The notes under the pieces: generated by a model
The model's database searches: none
Told to the model about the DNA's origin: nothing
Seen by the model: the letters and a program-made list of their open reading frames with translations, nothing else
Part shown: one piece after another, positions 39,771 through 49,912 of the stretch
Layout: every line of letters begins with the position of its first letter
How positions within the stretch are numbered: the first letter of the stretch is position 1
Translations under genes and position numbers: made by a program
Source: Candidatus Latescibacterota bacterium
GTDB lineage: Bacteria; Latescibacterota; UBA2968
Direction: 5' to 3'
Assembly (NCBI GenBank): GCA_965207885.1
Contig: OZ242311.1
Location: 4,128,001 to 4,192,000, forward strand
DNA length: 64,000 bases

Positions 39771-40037
39771 CTAAACCTGTGCTTCGCCGTAGAGGTCAAT
39801 GCGGGCGCGGAGGGAGGGTTTGATGAAAACATCATCGAGGGGCAATTGGGAAAAGGCGTGTGCGAGAATATCCACCTGCGTGGGCACATCGAGGCGGTAA
39901 TCGAGAATCAGGCGCTGTTCGCCGCGCACGACACACAGGCCACCGGTACCCCCCATGAGATCTTCGCGAAATAAGGGAATATTCAGGCGATGGGCAAGGG
40001 CTTCAAATTCTTGCAGAAGCTGGGAATCGGTCATCAT
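39771..40037 (-). CDS. Conserved hypothetical protein
   Basis: GGLC.V.GE..LILD...LDDVFIKP.LR; start lies immediately beside the IS target site. Confidence 0.6.
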   Translation of the reverse strand: MMTDSQLLQEFEALAHRLNIPLFREDLMGGTGGLCVVRGEQRLILDYRLDVPTQVDILAHAFSQLPLDDVFIKPSLRARIDLYGEAQV

Positions 40038-40048
40038 ATAAAAATTGG

Positions 40049-41246
40049 CATGGTACACGACAAAACTTAAATTGTTTTAAACAGTGGCGGATTACTCAGT
40101 AAACGAATGCATATGAGGAACTGTTGGGTTTGTTGGTTTATATTGAGCAGGACATACTGCAAATAGTCCAACCCATATCGGAAGAGACTTTTCTCCATCC
40201 GCCCGTGATTTTTGATCGTCAAAGGATTTGTTTTTGCTATCCATTCGCCGATGATATGCGCCCAGATGCAGGCAATGGCCAAAAGCGCGATGAGTTTCTC
40301 AATGCGGTCTTGATGTATAAGATGGGTCTCTTCCAGATTAAATCCTCGACTTTTAAGATTGGCAAAAAGGACTTCAATGCCCCATCGTTTTTTATAGGTA
40401 TCCAATGCGGCTTGACCTTTTTGGTTGCTGGCAAGAATGAGGTATTGGTCCTTCAATCTTAGTGCAGACAGATATACAGGCAGGTCATAAACGCGGTGGC
40501 GTTTGCACAAGTTGACCTGCTGATGGATATTAAGATTTTCAAACCGTTTTCTTATGGGGATCTCTCTACCGCCTGATGAGACAAGAGCGTTTTCCTTGAT
40601 GCGAATAACAAAGGGTATATTTTGTGTGTCTAACCACCTAAACCATTCTCTTCCAATAAATTCTCTGTCTGCGACGACAACGCGGATATGCGATTTGCAG
40701 ATGCAGTTGAGCATTTCTTGCATCAAATGGATACGCTCATCACTATTGGAATTGCCCCGTTTTTTTAACAAGTGCCAACAGATAGGAAAGGCGACCCCTT
40801 CATAGATAATGCCTGCGGTTAGGATGTTGATATTGAATTTTCCCAACTTCCAATTGGTGCGATCTATTGAGACTATAAAATCCGACTTTATAGGTAATAA
40901 GTGCAAGATCAATTGTCTCACACACGCATAGGGTAAGGCAAAGTGGGCAAAGAAGCGTTGGATACGACGATAATTAGATTTCTGCTTGACGGTTCCATTG
41001 AGTGCGTTTGCCAGTTTCATAAAATTGACGCTACGCAATTTTATCAGCGACAATATGAACGCAGCGGTAAACGTTATTCGGGCTTTATGCCAGTGAAAAT
41101 ATCCTTGCATAATCGTTTGAAGTTCAATAGTTTCAGGAGACATAGACCTGTGCCTTGTTAAGATGAGAAAGGTTTGTCTTGGGACATTCAAACCTAACTC
41201 TTTTTAGCTTTTTTCACAGGTCTTTTATTTTTTGTCGTGTACTATG
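40049..41246 (-). mobile_element. IS4-family (ISAba1/IS10-like) insertion sequence, 1198 bp
   Basis: TIRs CATGGTACACGACAAAA (40049-65) and reverse complement CATAGTACACGACAAAA (41230-46), 16/17 identical; 9-bp TSD AAAAATTGG at 40040-48 and 41247-55. Confidence 0.93.
40067..41143 (-). CDS. IS4-family DDE transposase
   Basis: YRRIQRFF, IDRTNWK, ADREF, Y..RW.IE..F..LKSRGF; single uninterrupted ORF. Confidence 0.92.
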   Translation of the reverse strand: MSPETIELQTIMQGYFHWHKARITFTAAFILSLIKLRSVNFMKLANALNGTVKQKSNYRRIQRFFAHFALPYACVRQLILHLLPIKSDFIVSIDRTNWKLGKFNINILTAGIIYEGVAFPICWHLLKKRGNSNSDERIHLMQEMLNCICKSHIRVVVADREFIGREWFRWLDTQNIPFVIRIKENALVSSGGREIPIRKRFENLNIHQQVNLCKRHRVYDLPVYLSALRLKDQYLILASNQKGQAALDTYKKRWGIEVLFANLKSRGFNLEETHLIHQDRIEKLIALLAIACIWAHIIGEWIAKTNPLTIKNHGRMEKSLFRYGLDYLQYVLLNINQQTQQFLICIRLLSNPPLFKTI

Positions 41247-41347
41247 AAAAATTGGGAAAGAAACTGGAGAAAAGTCACATCTGATATTTGCAAATATAGC
41301 GAAAAAAAAGAAATGCACAACCGGATCGGCGAAGGTCGGTCCAGTTT

Positions 41348-42940
41348 TTATGAAAGAATATGCTCTTTGATATATTCTTTCAGGGCAGATAACGTATTTG
41401 CATCCCCCGGCAAGAGCGGGAGGCCACCGATTCCATAAGACAGACTGGTATAAAAAGCGTGGGTCTGGTACGCGGAATCCACCTGAGCGGGAAACAGGAC
41501 AACGGCACTTTTGAGAATGCGTTGAAAATCTGTATCTATCACCTGCCCAATAGCGTCCCGATAAGCGTGCATCTTATCAATATCTTCGCGCATGGGAATC
41601 CACGTCCCATTGTAATCTTCGCGGCGATATTTAGCGTCAAATGCATAAATAGCGCGTTCCCCTTTCGAGTTGTTGATCTCGATAATCATATCGGGCCTCA
41701 GATCATGGGTGAGCGCGCGTCCCGACGAGGTAGTATAAGTCATATTGTAGAGACAACGAATGCGGCGCTCACCGCGCTGAAGATATATCGCAGAGGATTC
41801 GCCCTGCGCGGGAGAAACGCTCAAACCGCGGTTGGTCAGGTGAAAAAGGTTATCATCGCGGATCGGAACAAAGCCGATATCGCACAAAGTGTGAACGAGC
41901 GTAAAATAGACCCAGTATTCGTAAAGCGCGTGTGTATCGCGAAAGGACAGATCAAATGGGCCACCCGTACAGGGCGCGAGCGCGCAGTTGAGATCTCGGA
42001 TAAGCGCAAAAGCCGTCTGGTAACGCACATCGACATGAACGGGCAAAGCGTCATCGCGTCGCGCAGGTGGCAAAGGGAGCAAACGCAAGCAGCGATCCAC
42101 GTATATTTTCAGGCGATGTCCCAAATCGGTATGTGCAATAGATCTCGCGCGCAGTGACAGACGCTTTAAGCGTGCAACGAGATGGCGATTGAGCGATGTA
42201 TCAATATCGGAATGGCGATGGGTCTCGCGCAAATGCGTACAGACGACATCGTCCGCTATAGGCAAATGCGGGAGATCAGTCTCGCTATGCGTCCAGAATT
42301 GTGGCGAGCGAATCATATCGACAATCGCATCGGGGTCGCGGCCCTGTGCGCGATCAACCGCGCGGATGTGTTGAACGGTTTTGAGATGGCGATGCGGACG
42401 TTTGAGTATCGCATGCAAAGTGCGGACGAGTTGATTCAAAAGACGATCCAGCACTTGATGAAAATCTAAATTGCTACCCTTATCATCTGTCAGACGCGTT
42501 GAGATACGAGTTTGATCGGGCAAAAGGTAAACGAGTTCGCGGCTGATGCGCTCGAGATCGGCGCGCATGATTTGATAATCGGTTTCGTAGTCGAGATGCG
42601 AGGGACGCACATCGAGTTCGGCATAGAGCAGATCGACATTATCTGAGCGAATACAAAAACGGATATGCCCCGGATGATCGCCCGTAGCGAGCCGCCCCCA
42701 CAGCGCGTGCCCGTCGCGGAGAAAACCAAGGGTCTCGACGGGTTGATCGTCGATATAGACCGAAATATCTTTCTCATTGAGCGGACGAATGAGGCAGTTG
42801 CATTCAGTAGCTTCAACCAGATGATCAGCAATTACATTACCTTGCACGGGAGAGAGCAAAATGCGGGCATAATCATTTTCCGCAACAAGACCATCGGATG
42901 TTTTCGAAAAGGAAGCGCGGATGTGTTGACCTGAGTCCAT
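41348..42940 (-). CDS. DUF2357 / PD-(D/E)xK nuclease (McrC-like)
   Basis: LDYETDY, LYEYW, LRPD...FDAKYR, DIDKMHAYRDAI. Confidence 0.8.
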   Translation of the reverse strand: MDSGQHIRASFSKTSDGLVAENDYARILLSPVQGNVIADHLVEATECNCLIRPLNEKDISVYIDDQPVETLGFLRDGHALWGRLATGDHPGHIRFCIRSDNVDLLYAELDVRPSHLDYETDYQIMRADLERISRELVYLLPDQTRISTRLTDDKGSNLDFHQVLDRLLNQLVRTLHAILKRPHRHLKTVQHIRAVDRAQGRDPDAIVDMIRSPQFWTHSETDLPHLPIADDVVCTHLRETHRHSDIDTSLNRHLVARLKRLSLRARSIAHTDLGHRLKIYVDRCLRLLPLPPARRDDALPVHVDVRYQTAFALIRDLNCALAPCTGGPFDLSFRDTHALYEYWVYFTLVHTLCDIGFVPIRDDNLFHLTNRGLSVSPAQGESSAIYLQRGERRIRCLYNMTYTTSSGRALTHDLRPDMIIEINNSKGERAIYAFDAKYRREDYNGTWIPMREDIDKMHAYRDAIGQVIDTDFQRILKSAVVLFPAQVDSAYQTHAFYTSLSYGIGGLPLLPGDANTLSALKEYIKEHILS

Positions 42941-43019
42941 TGTTCGCGTAGATTTCAAAAGGGTTTGTCTTCAACCATTTTACGGAGGTCGCCTGCAGTA
43001 GTAAATATAAGGAGGAGTT

Positions 43020-43658
43020 GTGATTCGTGCAATTTTGTGGGATAACGATGGGGTGCTGGTAGATACCGAAGGTCTGTACTTTCAGGCAGGACATGAGGTA
43101 TTGGCAACACAAGGAGTGGAACTAACGCATAAAGATTTTGCCGAACAGTCGCTACAAAAAGGGCTTAGCGTATTCGATTTTCTGCCCGATCAAAATGCCG
43201 AATTGATTGAGGAACTGCGCTTGAAACGCAATGCGCGATACAGCGCCTTATTAGCTGAAGGCGTGCAGGTCGTGGATGGCGTAATAGAAACACTCGAAAC
43301 ATTCCATGGCCGCGTACAAATGGGCATTGTAACGGGTTCTCGCAGAGATCACTTTGACATTGTTCACGCAAAGACGGATTTACTCCCATTCTTCGATTTT
43401 GTGCTGGCAAGAGAAGATTACGAAGAAGCAAAACCACATCCAGATGCGTATTTGAAGGCCATGCGATTGCACGGACTACAACCCGATGACTGTGTAGTTG
43501 TGGAAGATTCTGAACGCGGATGTGTCGCGGCAGCAGCGGCTGGTTTGCGCGTACTCGCCGTGCCAAATGCCTTATCGAAATACGGAGATTTTTCATCTGC
43601 GTATAAAATACTGAACTCGGTGCGAGATGTCGTAGAGGAGATAGAGAAGTTGGATTGA
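43020..43658 (+). CDS. HAD family phosphatase
   Basis: DNDGVLVDT, VT, KPHPD, EDS..G. Confidence 0.88.
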   Translation: MIRAILWDNDGVLVDTEGLYFQAGHEVLATQGVELTHKDFAEQSLQKGLSVFDFLPDQNAELIEELRLKRNARYSALLAEGVQVVDGVIETLETFHGRVQMGIVTGSRRDHFDIVHAKTDLLPFFDFVLAREDYEEAKPHPDAYLKAMRLHGLQPDDCVVVEDSERGCVAAAAAGLRVLAVPNALSKYGDFSSAYKILNSVRDVVEEIEKLD

Positions 43659-43670
43659 AAAGGATAAAAT

Positions 43671-43695
43671 GTAGGGGCGACTCTCGTGGTCGCCC
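43671..43695. repeat. GTAG-family REP-like palindrome
   Basis: GTAG-GGGCGAC-TCTCGTG-GTCGCCC. Confidence 0.6.
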
Positions 43696-43727
43696 GCACA
43701 CTTAACAAACAAAATGAGGTATGTGTG

Positions 43728-45800
43728 ATGAGTGAATTAAAAAACAATCCCCTGCTGGTCAAAGAGGGATTGCCGAGGTACGACGAAATTGAGCCAAAGC
43801 ACGTTGTACCGGGCGTAAAACATATGCTATCAGAAGCAGAGAAACAGATTGCGGCATTGGAGCAAAACATGACCCCATCGTGGAATGGGTTGCTCGTCCC
43901 GCTCGAAGAACTCGACGTGCCCTTTTCTTATGCCTGGGGACCAGTGGGCCATTTGCTCAGCGTAAAAAATTCCGATGACTTGCGCGAAGCACACGAGGTA
44001 GTCCTGCAAGACGTCGTGGCATTTGGTCTGCGCGTGCAGCAAAGCCGTCCCATTTACGAAGGCCTGGTGGCAATTCGAGACGGCGAGGAATGGGCAAAGA
44101 TAGATGAGGCTCAAAAGCGATGTATCGATCTGAAAATTCGCGCAGCCGAACACGCCGGAGTGGGATTAGAAGGCACAGCAAAAGAACGCTTTAATGAAAT
44201 CGCCAAAGAATTGTCGCAAATTAGTACAGATTTTTCCAATCATGTACTGGATGCGACCAAAGCCTATGAACTAATTATTGAAAATAAAAAAGATATAGAA
44301 GACTGGCCGAACAGTTTGCGACAAGTAGCCGCACAATCTTATGCACAGGCCAATGAAGGCAGCGAAGCCACACCGGAAAATGGTCCCTGGCGTATTACAC
44401 TGGATTTCCCGAGCTTTTATCCCTTTATGCAACACCACCGCGTGCGCGACCACCGCGAGCAAGTTTACAAAGCATATATCCAGCGCGCATCCTCTGGCGA
44501 ATGGGACAACAGCAAATTGATAGCACGCACCTTAAAATTGCGCAAAGAGCAATCTGCACTCCTGGGTTTTGAGACCTATGCTGACAGGAGCCTGAATGTC
44601 AAAATGGCCCCCGATGTAGCATCTGTCGAGCGCATGATCGGTGAATTGCAAGCGGCTTCGCAGCCCCATAGCGAAAAGGATTTCGGCGCGCTGGAAGCAC
44701 TGGCAAAGGCAAGTGGTCAGGAAGAGCCAGTCATGCACTGGGATACGTCCTTCTGGTCAGAGCGGTTGCGCGAGCAAAAATTCGATTATACCGACGACCA
44801 GTTGCGCCCTTATTTCCCGCTACCCAAAGTACTCGATGGCATGTTTGCATTGGCAGAACGCCTTTTTGATATTGAGATCGCGCGGGCAGATGATGAAAAC
44901 GCGCACAAATGGCATGAAGATGTGCAATTCTTCAAAGTACTCCGCGATGGCGAGCGCATAGCATCGTTTTATCTGGACCCCTATTCGCGTCCAGCAGAAA
45001 AGCGTGGTGGCGCGTGGATGAACGACTGTCTGGGACGGCGATGGCTCAACGGCGAACTTCGCTTGCCCGTAGTACATCTCGTGTGCAATGGCACGCCGCC
45101 CGTGGGTGACACGCCATCGCTGATGAGTTTTTCAGAAGTGGAAACCCTGTTTCACGAGTTTGGACACGGATTGCAGGGCATGTTGACGACCGTTGATTAT
45201 GCCGATGTGGCGGGATTGCACGGTGTGGAATGGGATGCCGTGGAAATTGCCAGCCAGTTCATGGAAAACTGGTGTTATCAAAAACCCACACTAATTGGAA
45301 TGACCGCACACGTAGAAACGGATGAACCCTTGCCAGATGACCTGTTTGAGAAAATCGTCGCCGCGCGCACATTTCAGGCGGGGTCTTTGATGATGCGCCA
45401 GTTGTCCTTTGGAAAAACAGACATACTGCTGCATTCCACCTACGATCCAGATGGCGGTGAAACGGCTTTTGATGTAGAGCGCAGGGTAACCGAAGAAATG
45501 TCCGTATTGCCCCCCCTGCCAGAAAGTCGCTTCTTGTGCTCATTTTCCCATATTTTTGCCGGAGGCTATGCCGCCGGGTATTACAGCTACAAATGGTCAG
45601 AGGTATTGAGCGCAGATGCATTCGGCGCATTTGAAGACGCCGGACTGGATGACGAAGAAGCCGTGAAAGCAACCGGACGCAAATTCCGCGACACAATTCT
45701 CGCACTGGGCGGCAGCAAACATCCTATGGATGTGTACCGAGAATTTCGCGGGCGAGAACCGAGCACAGAGGCATTGCTGCGGCACAATGACCTGTTGTAA
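43728..45800 (+). CDS. prlC: Oligopeptidase A (M3 family)
   Basis: NNPLL start, KRGGAWM, LFHEFGHGL, WDAVE, GGYAAGYYSYKW, FRGREP. Confidence 0.9.
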   Translation: MSELKNNPLLVKEGLPRYDEIEPKHVVPGVKHMLSEAEKQIAALEQNMTPSWNGLLVPLEELDVPFSYAWGPVGHLLSVKNSDDLREAHEVVLQDVVAFGLRVQQSRPIYEGLVAIRDGEEWAKIDEAQKRCIDLKIRAAEHAGVGLEGTAKERFNEIAKELSQISTDFSNHVLDATKAYELIIENKKDIEDWPNSLRQVAAQSYAQANEGSEATPENGPWRITLDFPSFYPFMQHHRVRDHREQVYKAYIQRASSGEWDNSKLIARTLKLRKEQSALLGFETYADRSLNVKMAPDVASVERMIGELQAASQPHSEKDFGALEALAKASGQEEPVMHWDTSFWSERLREQKFDYTDDQLRPYFPLPKVLDGMFALAERLFDIEIARADDENAHKWHEDVQFFKVLRDGERIASFYLDPYSRPAEKRGGAWMNDCLGRRWLNGELRLPVVHLVCNGTPPVGDTPSLMSFSEVETLFHEFGHGLQGMLTTVDYADVAGLHGVEWDAVEIASQFMENWCYQKPTLIGMTAHVETDEPLPDDLFEKIVAARTFQAGSLMMRQLSFGKTDILLHSTYDPDGGETAFDVERRVTEEMSVLPPLPESRFLCSFSHIFAGGYAAGYYSYKWSEVLSADAFGAFEDAGLDDEEAVKATGRKFRDTILALGGSKHPMDVYREFRGREPSTEALLRHNDLL

Positions 45801-45823
45801 AGTTAAAAACGAAGGAAATCATT

Positions 45824-47116
45824 ATGCTGGAGTTCTTCTATAACTGGTTGCTCAGCCTCGGTGTCGAGTCAGAGATGGCTAAAAATTGGACTGCACCACT
45901 ATTGGTGGGCCTGTGCATTCTGGCACTCAGTGTGATTGCCGATTTTATCGTAAAGCGCATAGCCCTGCGAACGCTAAAGTACGTGATTGAAAAAACGACA
46001 ACACCCTGGGACGATGCATTTGTGGAGCATCGGGTTCTGGACCGGTTGGCGCACATGGCTCCAGCAGTGGTCATCTACCTATTGGCCGATTTGCCATTTG
46101 CGGGAATGACAGAAATAGATCGGAATTATTGCGTAGCGATTGTTCGGGATGCTGTGCAGATTTTTGTCGTAATCATCAGTATCTGGAGCATTGCGGCATT
46201 TCTCAATGCCGCACTATCTGTTTATCAGACATTTGAGATCTCTCGCGAAGTCCCCGGCAGGGGTTTTGTGCAGGTCTTGAAAATTCTGACGTATTTTGTA
46301 GGCGGCATTTTGATTTTATCAATTTTGTTAGATCGCAATCCCGTATATTTTTTGAGCGGATTGGGCGCATTGATGGCCGTGCTTTTGCTGGTATTCAAAG
46401 ATGCCATCCTGGGACTGGTCGCGGGCATACAACTGAGTGCGAATAAAATGGTCGCCGTGGGCGATTGGATTGAAATGCCAAAATACGGCGCAGATGGGGA
46501 TGTGATCGAAGTGGCATTGACCACCATAAAGGTACAAAATTGGGACAAAACGATTACCTCGATCCCCGCGTATTCATTGATCAGCGAATCATTTAAGAAC
46601 TGGCGCGGCATGCAGGAATCGGGTGGCCGTCGGATCAAGCGGTCAATTTTAATCGATATTCAAACAATCAAATTTTGTGACGAAGAGATGTTGGCGCGAT
46701 TTTCAAAAATCAAATATATCGCTGCCTATATCGAACACAAGAAAGACGAGTTGGCAAAATTCAACCAGACGCAAGAGATAGATGAGTCGAGTCTGGTAAA
46801 TGGGCGGCGCATGACCAACGTAGGTACGTTTCGGGCATACATCGTCGCGTATTTGAAAAATCATCCAAAAGTCAATCTGGAGATGACATTTTTGGTGCGA
46901 CAACTGCCGCCGCAAGAACACGGCTTGCCAATAGAAATTTACGTCTTCTGTAGCGATACGGTATGGGCGAACTACGAAGCGATTCAGGCGGATATTTTCG
47001 ACCACATCCTATCCGTAGTACCCGAATTTGACCTCAGTGTATTCCAGGCACCAACAGGACATGATTTTAAGCATCTCAGTAAAAGATTTATACCGCCACC
47101 GGGCCGAAGAGGCTAA
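45824..47116 (+). CDS. MscS-family mechanosensitive channel (YbdG-like)
   Basis: GDWIEMPKYGADGDV, QNWDKT, NWRGM.ESGGRRIKR, TN.GTFR. Confidence 0.88.
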   Translation: MLEFFYNWLLSLGVESEMAKNWTAPLLVGLCILALSVIADFIVKRIALRTLKYVIEKTTTPWDDAFVEHRVLDRLAHMAPAVVIYLLADLPFAGMTEIDRNYCVAIVRDAVQIFVVIISIWSIAAFLNAALSVYQTFEISREVPGRGFVQVLKILTYFVGGILILSILLDRNPVYFLSGLGALMAVLLLVFKDAILGLVAGIQLSANKMVAVGDWIEMPKYGADGDVIEVALTTIKVQNWDKTITSIPAYSLISESFKNWRGMQESGGRRIKRSILIDIQTIKFCDEEMLARFSKIKYIAAYIEHKKDELAKFNQTQEIDESSLVNGRRMTNVGTFRAYIVAYLKNHPKVNLEMTFLVRQLPPQEHGLPIEIYVFCSDTVWANYEAIQADIFDHILSVVPEFDLSVFQAPTGHDFKHLSKRFIPPPGRRG

Positions 47117-47182
47117 AAACCCAATTCGCAAATATTAAATCGTTTTATCTGTGTTCATCTGCGTTCATCTGCGGATACTTTT

Positions 47183-48328
47183 ATGTCAGACCAACTCAAA
47201 CAACGCAATCGCGAACTCTCAATCCTCAACGCGATTGCCCATGCGCTCAACCAATCCGTCAATCTCGATCAAGCCCTCGAAACAGCACTTGAAAAAGTAG
47301 CTGCATTGCTCGGCTTGAGCACGAGTTGGATCTGGCTCATGCACGAAGACACCCACCAACCCTATCTGGCTGCCGCACAAAACCTGCCCCCCGTACTGCG
47401 CGACAACCCGAGCAAAATGGGTGGCTGGTGCTATTGCCTGGACACCTACCAAAAAGGCGACTTGAAGGGTGCGGCAAATGTAAATGTCGTGGCCTGTAGC
47501 CGCCTGAAAGGACTTGTAGAAGGCACAGATGGCTTGCAGTATCACGCGAGTATCCCGCTATACGCGCAGGAAAAAAAAGTGGGCGTATTAAATGTGGGCA
47601 GTGCAGAATGGCGTGAACTCTCGGAAGAAGACCTGCGCTTGCTCAATACAGTGGGCGACTTGATGAGCATTGCAATTGAACGCGCGCGTCTATACGAAAA
47701 AAGTGTTGAAATTGGCGCAGTGGATGAGCGTTTCAGACTCGCGCGGGAATTACACGACACTCTGGGTCAGAATCTGGTGGCGATCTTGATGCGTCTGGAA
47801 ACTCTGGATGCCTTGCTCGACGGCAATACAGATCGCAAAATCCTGTCCGAAACCGTGCGCGATGCCATAGCTCTGGCACGCGACAACCTGGAAGAGGCGC
47901 GGCGGGCAGTGCTGGATTTGCGCGCTGCCCCACTTGAAAATCGCACGTTGATTGAAGCATTGAAAACTCTGGGACAAAATATCGGTGGCGCAGCGAGTGT
48001 ACGCGTAAAAAGTATTGGCGAACATCCCCTATCCGTCAGAATAGAAGCGAGCTTATATCGCATGGCACAAGAGGCGTTGAACAACATCGCGCAGCATGCA
48101 GATGCCCAAAAAGTCCTCATCGAACTGACATCAACACCTCAATACGTCCAACTCGTAGTCGAAGACGACGGTCGCGGATTTGATCCCGAAAACGTGCGGG
48201 AAGATCGATACGGCCTCATTGGCCTGAATGAGCGGGCGCATTTGCTGGGCGGTTCATTTGCAATTGAAAGCGCGCCCGACCGCGGCACGCGTTTGGAAAT
48301 CCACATCCCACTGGAGCGCGAGATATGA
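47183..48328 (+). CDS. GAF-domain sensor histidine kinase (HisKA_3)
   Basis: GAF domain; ER.RLARELHD, QEALNN..QH, DDGRGF, GL.GL.ER. Confidence 0.9.
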   Translation: MSDQLKQRNRELSILNAIAHALNQSVNLDQALETALEKVAALLGLSTSWIWLMHEDTHQPYLAAAQNLPPVLRDNPSKMGGWCYCLDTYQKGDLKGAANVNVVACSRLKGLVEGTDGLQYHASIPLYAQEKKVGVLNVGSAEWRELSEEDLRLLNTVGDLMSIAIERARLYEKSVEIGAVDERFRLARELHDTLGQNLVAILMRLETLDALLDGNTDRKILSETVRDAIALARDNLEEARRAVLDLRAAPLENRTLIEALKTLGQNIGGAASVRVKSIGEHPLSVRIEASLYRMAQEALNNIAQHADAQKVLIELTSTPQYVQLVVEDDGRGFDPENVREDRYGLIGLNERAHLLGGSFAIESAPDRGTRLEIHIPLEREI

Positions 48329-48945
48329 GCAAACCCATTCGCATTGTCGTTGCAGACGATCACCCCGTTGTGCGCGATGGCCTGATTGCCATGCTACAGA
48401 CCCAACCCGATTTTGAGGTCGTGGGAGAAGCTGGCGACGGCTCAGAAGCATTGCACCTGGTCGCCGAACGCACCCCCGATGTGCTATTGCTCGATCTGGA
48501 GATGCCGCGCGTGGATGGTATAGAGACGCTCCAGCGACTGGGAGAGCAGAGAAGCAGCGTGCGGGTAATCGTATTTACAGTCTTTGATACGGACGAGCGC
48601 ATCGTATCGGCAATGCGGGCTGGCGCAAAAGGCTATCTGCTCAAAGGCGCGCCCCGAGATGATGTGTTTCGCGCCGTGCGCGTGGTGAACGAAGGCGGAT
48701 CCCTACTCGAACCCCTCATCGCTTCCAAACTATTGGACAGCGTGAACAATCCCGATGCATTGACCGCACGGCAAAAAGAAGTGCTACACCTGTTGGCAAC
48801 GGGACTGTTGAACAAAGAAATCGCCGATCAACTCAACATTTCCGAACGCACGGTAAAATTTCACGTCAGCGAAATCCTGGGCAAACTCGGCGCGGGCAAC
48901 CGCACAGAAGCCGCCGCAATTGCGATGCAGAGGGGATTGATATAG
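48325..48945 (+). CDS. NarL/LuxR response regulator
   Basis: ADDHP, LLDLEMP, LT.RQ.EVL...G..NKEIA..L.ISERTVK.H. Confidence 0.92.
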   Translation: MSKPIRIVVADDHPVVRDGLIAMLQTQPDFEVVGEAGDGSEALHLVAERTPDVLLLDLEMPRVDGIETLQRLGEQRSSVRVIVFTVFDTDERIVSAMRAGAKGYLLKGAPRDDVFRAVRVVNEGGSLLEPLIASKLLDSVNNPDALTARQKEVLHLLATGLLNKEIADQLNISERTVKFHVSEILGKLGAGNRTEAAAIAMQRGLI

Positions 48946-48980
48946 AACTGAAAAGAGTTGGATTCCATTTATATTTTTTC

Positions 48981-49014
48981 AAGCCCTGCTTGCTTAAGCA
49001 GGGCTTTTATTTTT
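48981..49014 (+). terminator. Intrinsic terminator
   Basis: AAGCCCTGCTT-GCTT-AAGCAGGGCTT followed by T-rich tract. Confidence 0.75.
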
Positions 49015-49224
49015 GGGATTCTATCCCAATATCGCAAAAAAATGGAAACTGGGACAAATTTTGAACTTCAGGACAAACTTACGAGGTTGACATATAAGGG
49101 CGAATAGGGCCTATTTTTTAGAACGATATATCGTCTATAAGGACGCGGTAGTTCAAACCGTGTGCAGGACATACACCTGTTGAGATCGCTCTCAACACAA
49201 CCATTTTTCAAAGGAGTTGCAGCT

Positions 49225-49854
49225 ATGAAACACCTGCGTAGATCTATCGTTATAGGCATCATAGCTCTGGTAGCTATGAACTTCCCCACCTCTATTTTCG
49301 GCCAGACCACAATCGGCATTCGGGGTGGCATGAGTCGGGCGTCTGCAAGTGGGAACTTTGATGGCGCAGATGTGGATGCGCGAACCGGCATCAAACTCGG
49401 TGCTTCTGCGACTATCCCAATACAGGACAAATTCAGCCTTCGACTCGGTGGCGACTATGTGCAGAAGGGTTACGGTCTTAGTGCAAATTTAGAGGGTCTT
49501 AGTATCAGTGCAGATGTAAGTTTGGATTACATCGAACTTTCGGGCCTGGGTGTCGTCAACCTCACGCCGCCCGAGAGCGCAGCTTCTGTGTATGTGCTTG
49601 CCGGACCGGCGATGGGGATCAATGTCAAGTGCGAAGCCGCAGGTGAGGATTGCGGTGATGATGGAGATGGACCAAAGACCACGGACCTTGGTATTACAGG
49701 AGGGATCGGTACTGAGATGGCGATGTCCGAAGGAATGACATTCTCAGTCGAGTTACTGTACACTTTGGGGATCCTATCGATTGCCGAAGGAGAGGATGTT
49801 AAGAAACGAGCCATTGCTCTCCAGGTCGGTGTCGGCTTTCCTATCGGAAAATAG
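49225..49854 (+). CDS. Small outer-membrane beta-barrel (PorT-like)
   Basis: Signal peptide, GIRGG, YVQKG, LDYIEL, terminal VGVGF; AAGGAG RBS. Confidence 0.75.
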   Translation: MKHLRRSIVIGIIALVAMNFPTSIFGQTTIGIRGGMSRASASGNFDGADVDARTGIKLGASATIPIQDKFSLRLGGDYVQKGYGLSANLEGLSISADVSLDYIELSGLGVVNLTPPESAASVYVLAGPAMGINVKCEAAGEDCGDDGDGPKTTDLGITGGIGTEMAMSEGMTFSVELLYTLGILSIAEGEDVKKRAIALQVGVGFPIGK

Positions 49855-49870
49855 TGACAGGCAAAATTTA

Positions 49871-49912
49871 AAAAAGGCGATCCATTACGCAATGGACTTG
49901 GATCGCCTTTTT
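49871..49912 (+). terminator. Intrinsic terminator
   Basis: AAAAAGGCGATCCA...TGGATCGCCTTTTT. Confidence 0.7.

Noticed and set aside
47147-47174. Short tandem ATCTG(T/C)GTTC repeat
   Set aside because: Only about three units in one intergenic spot; too little evidence to assign a function.
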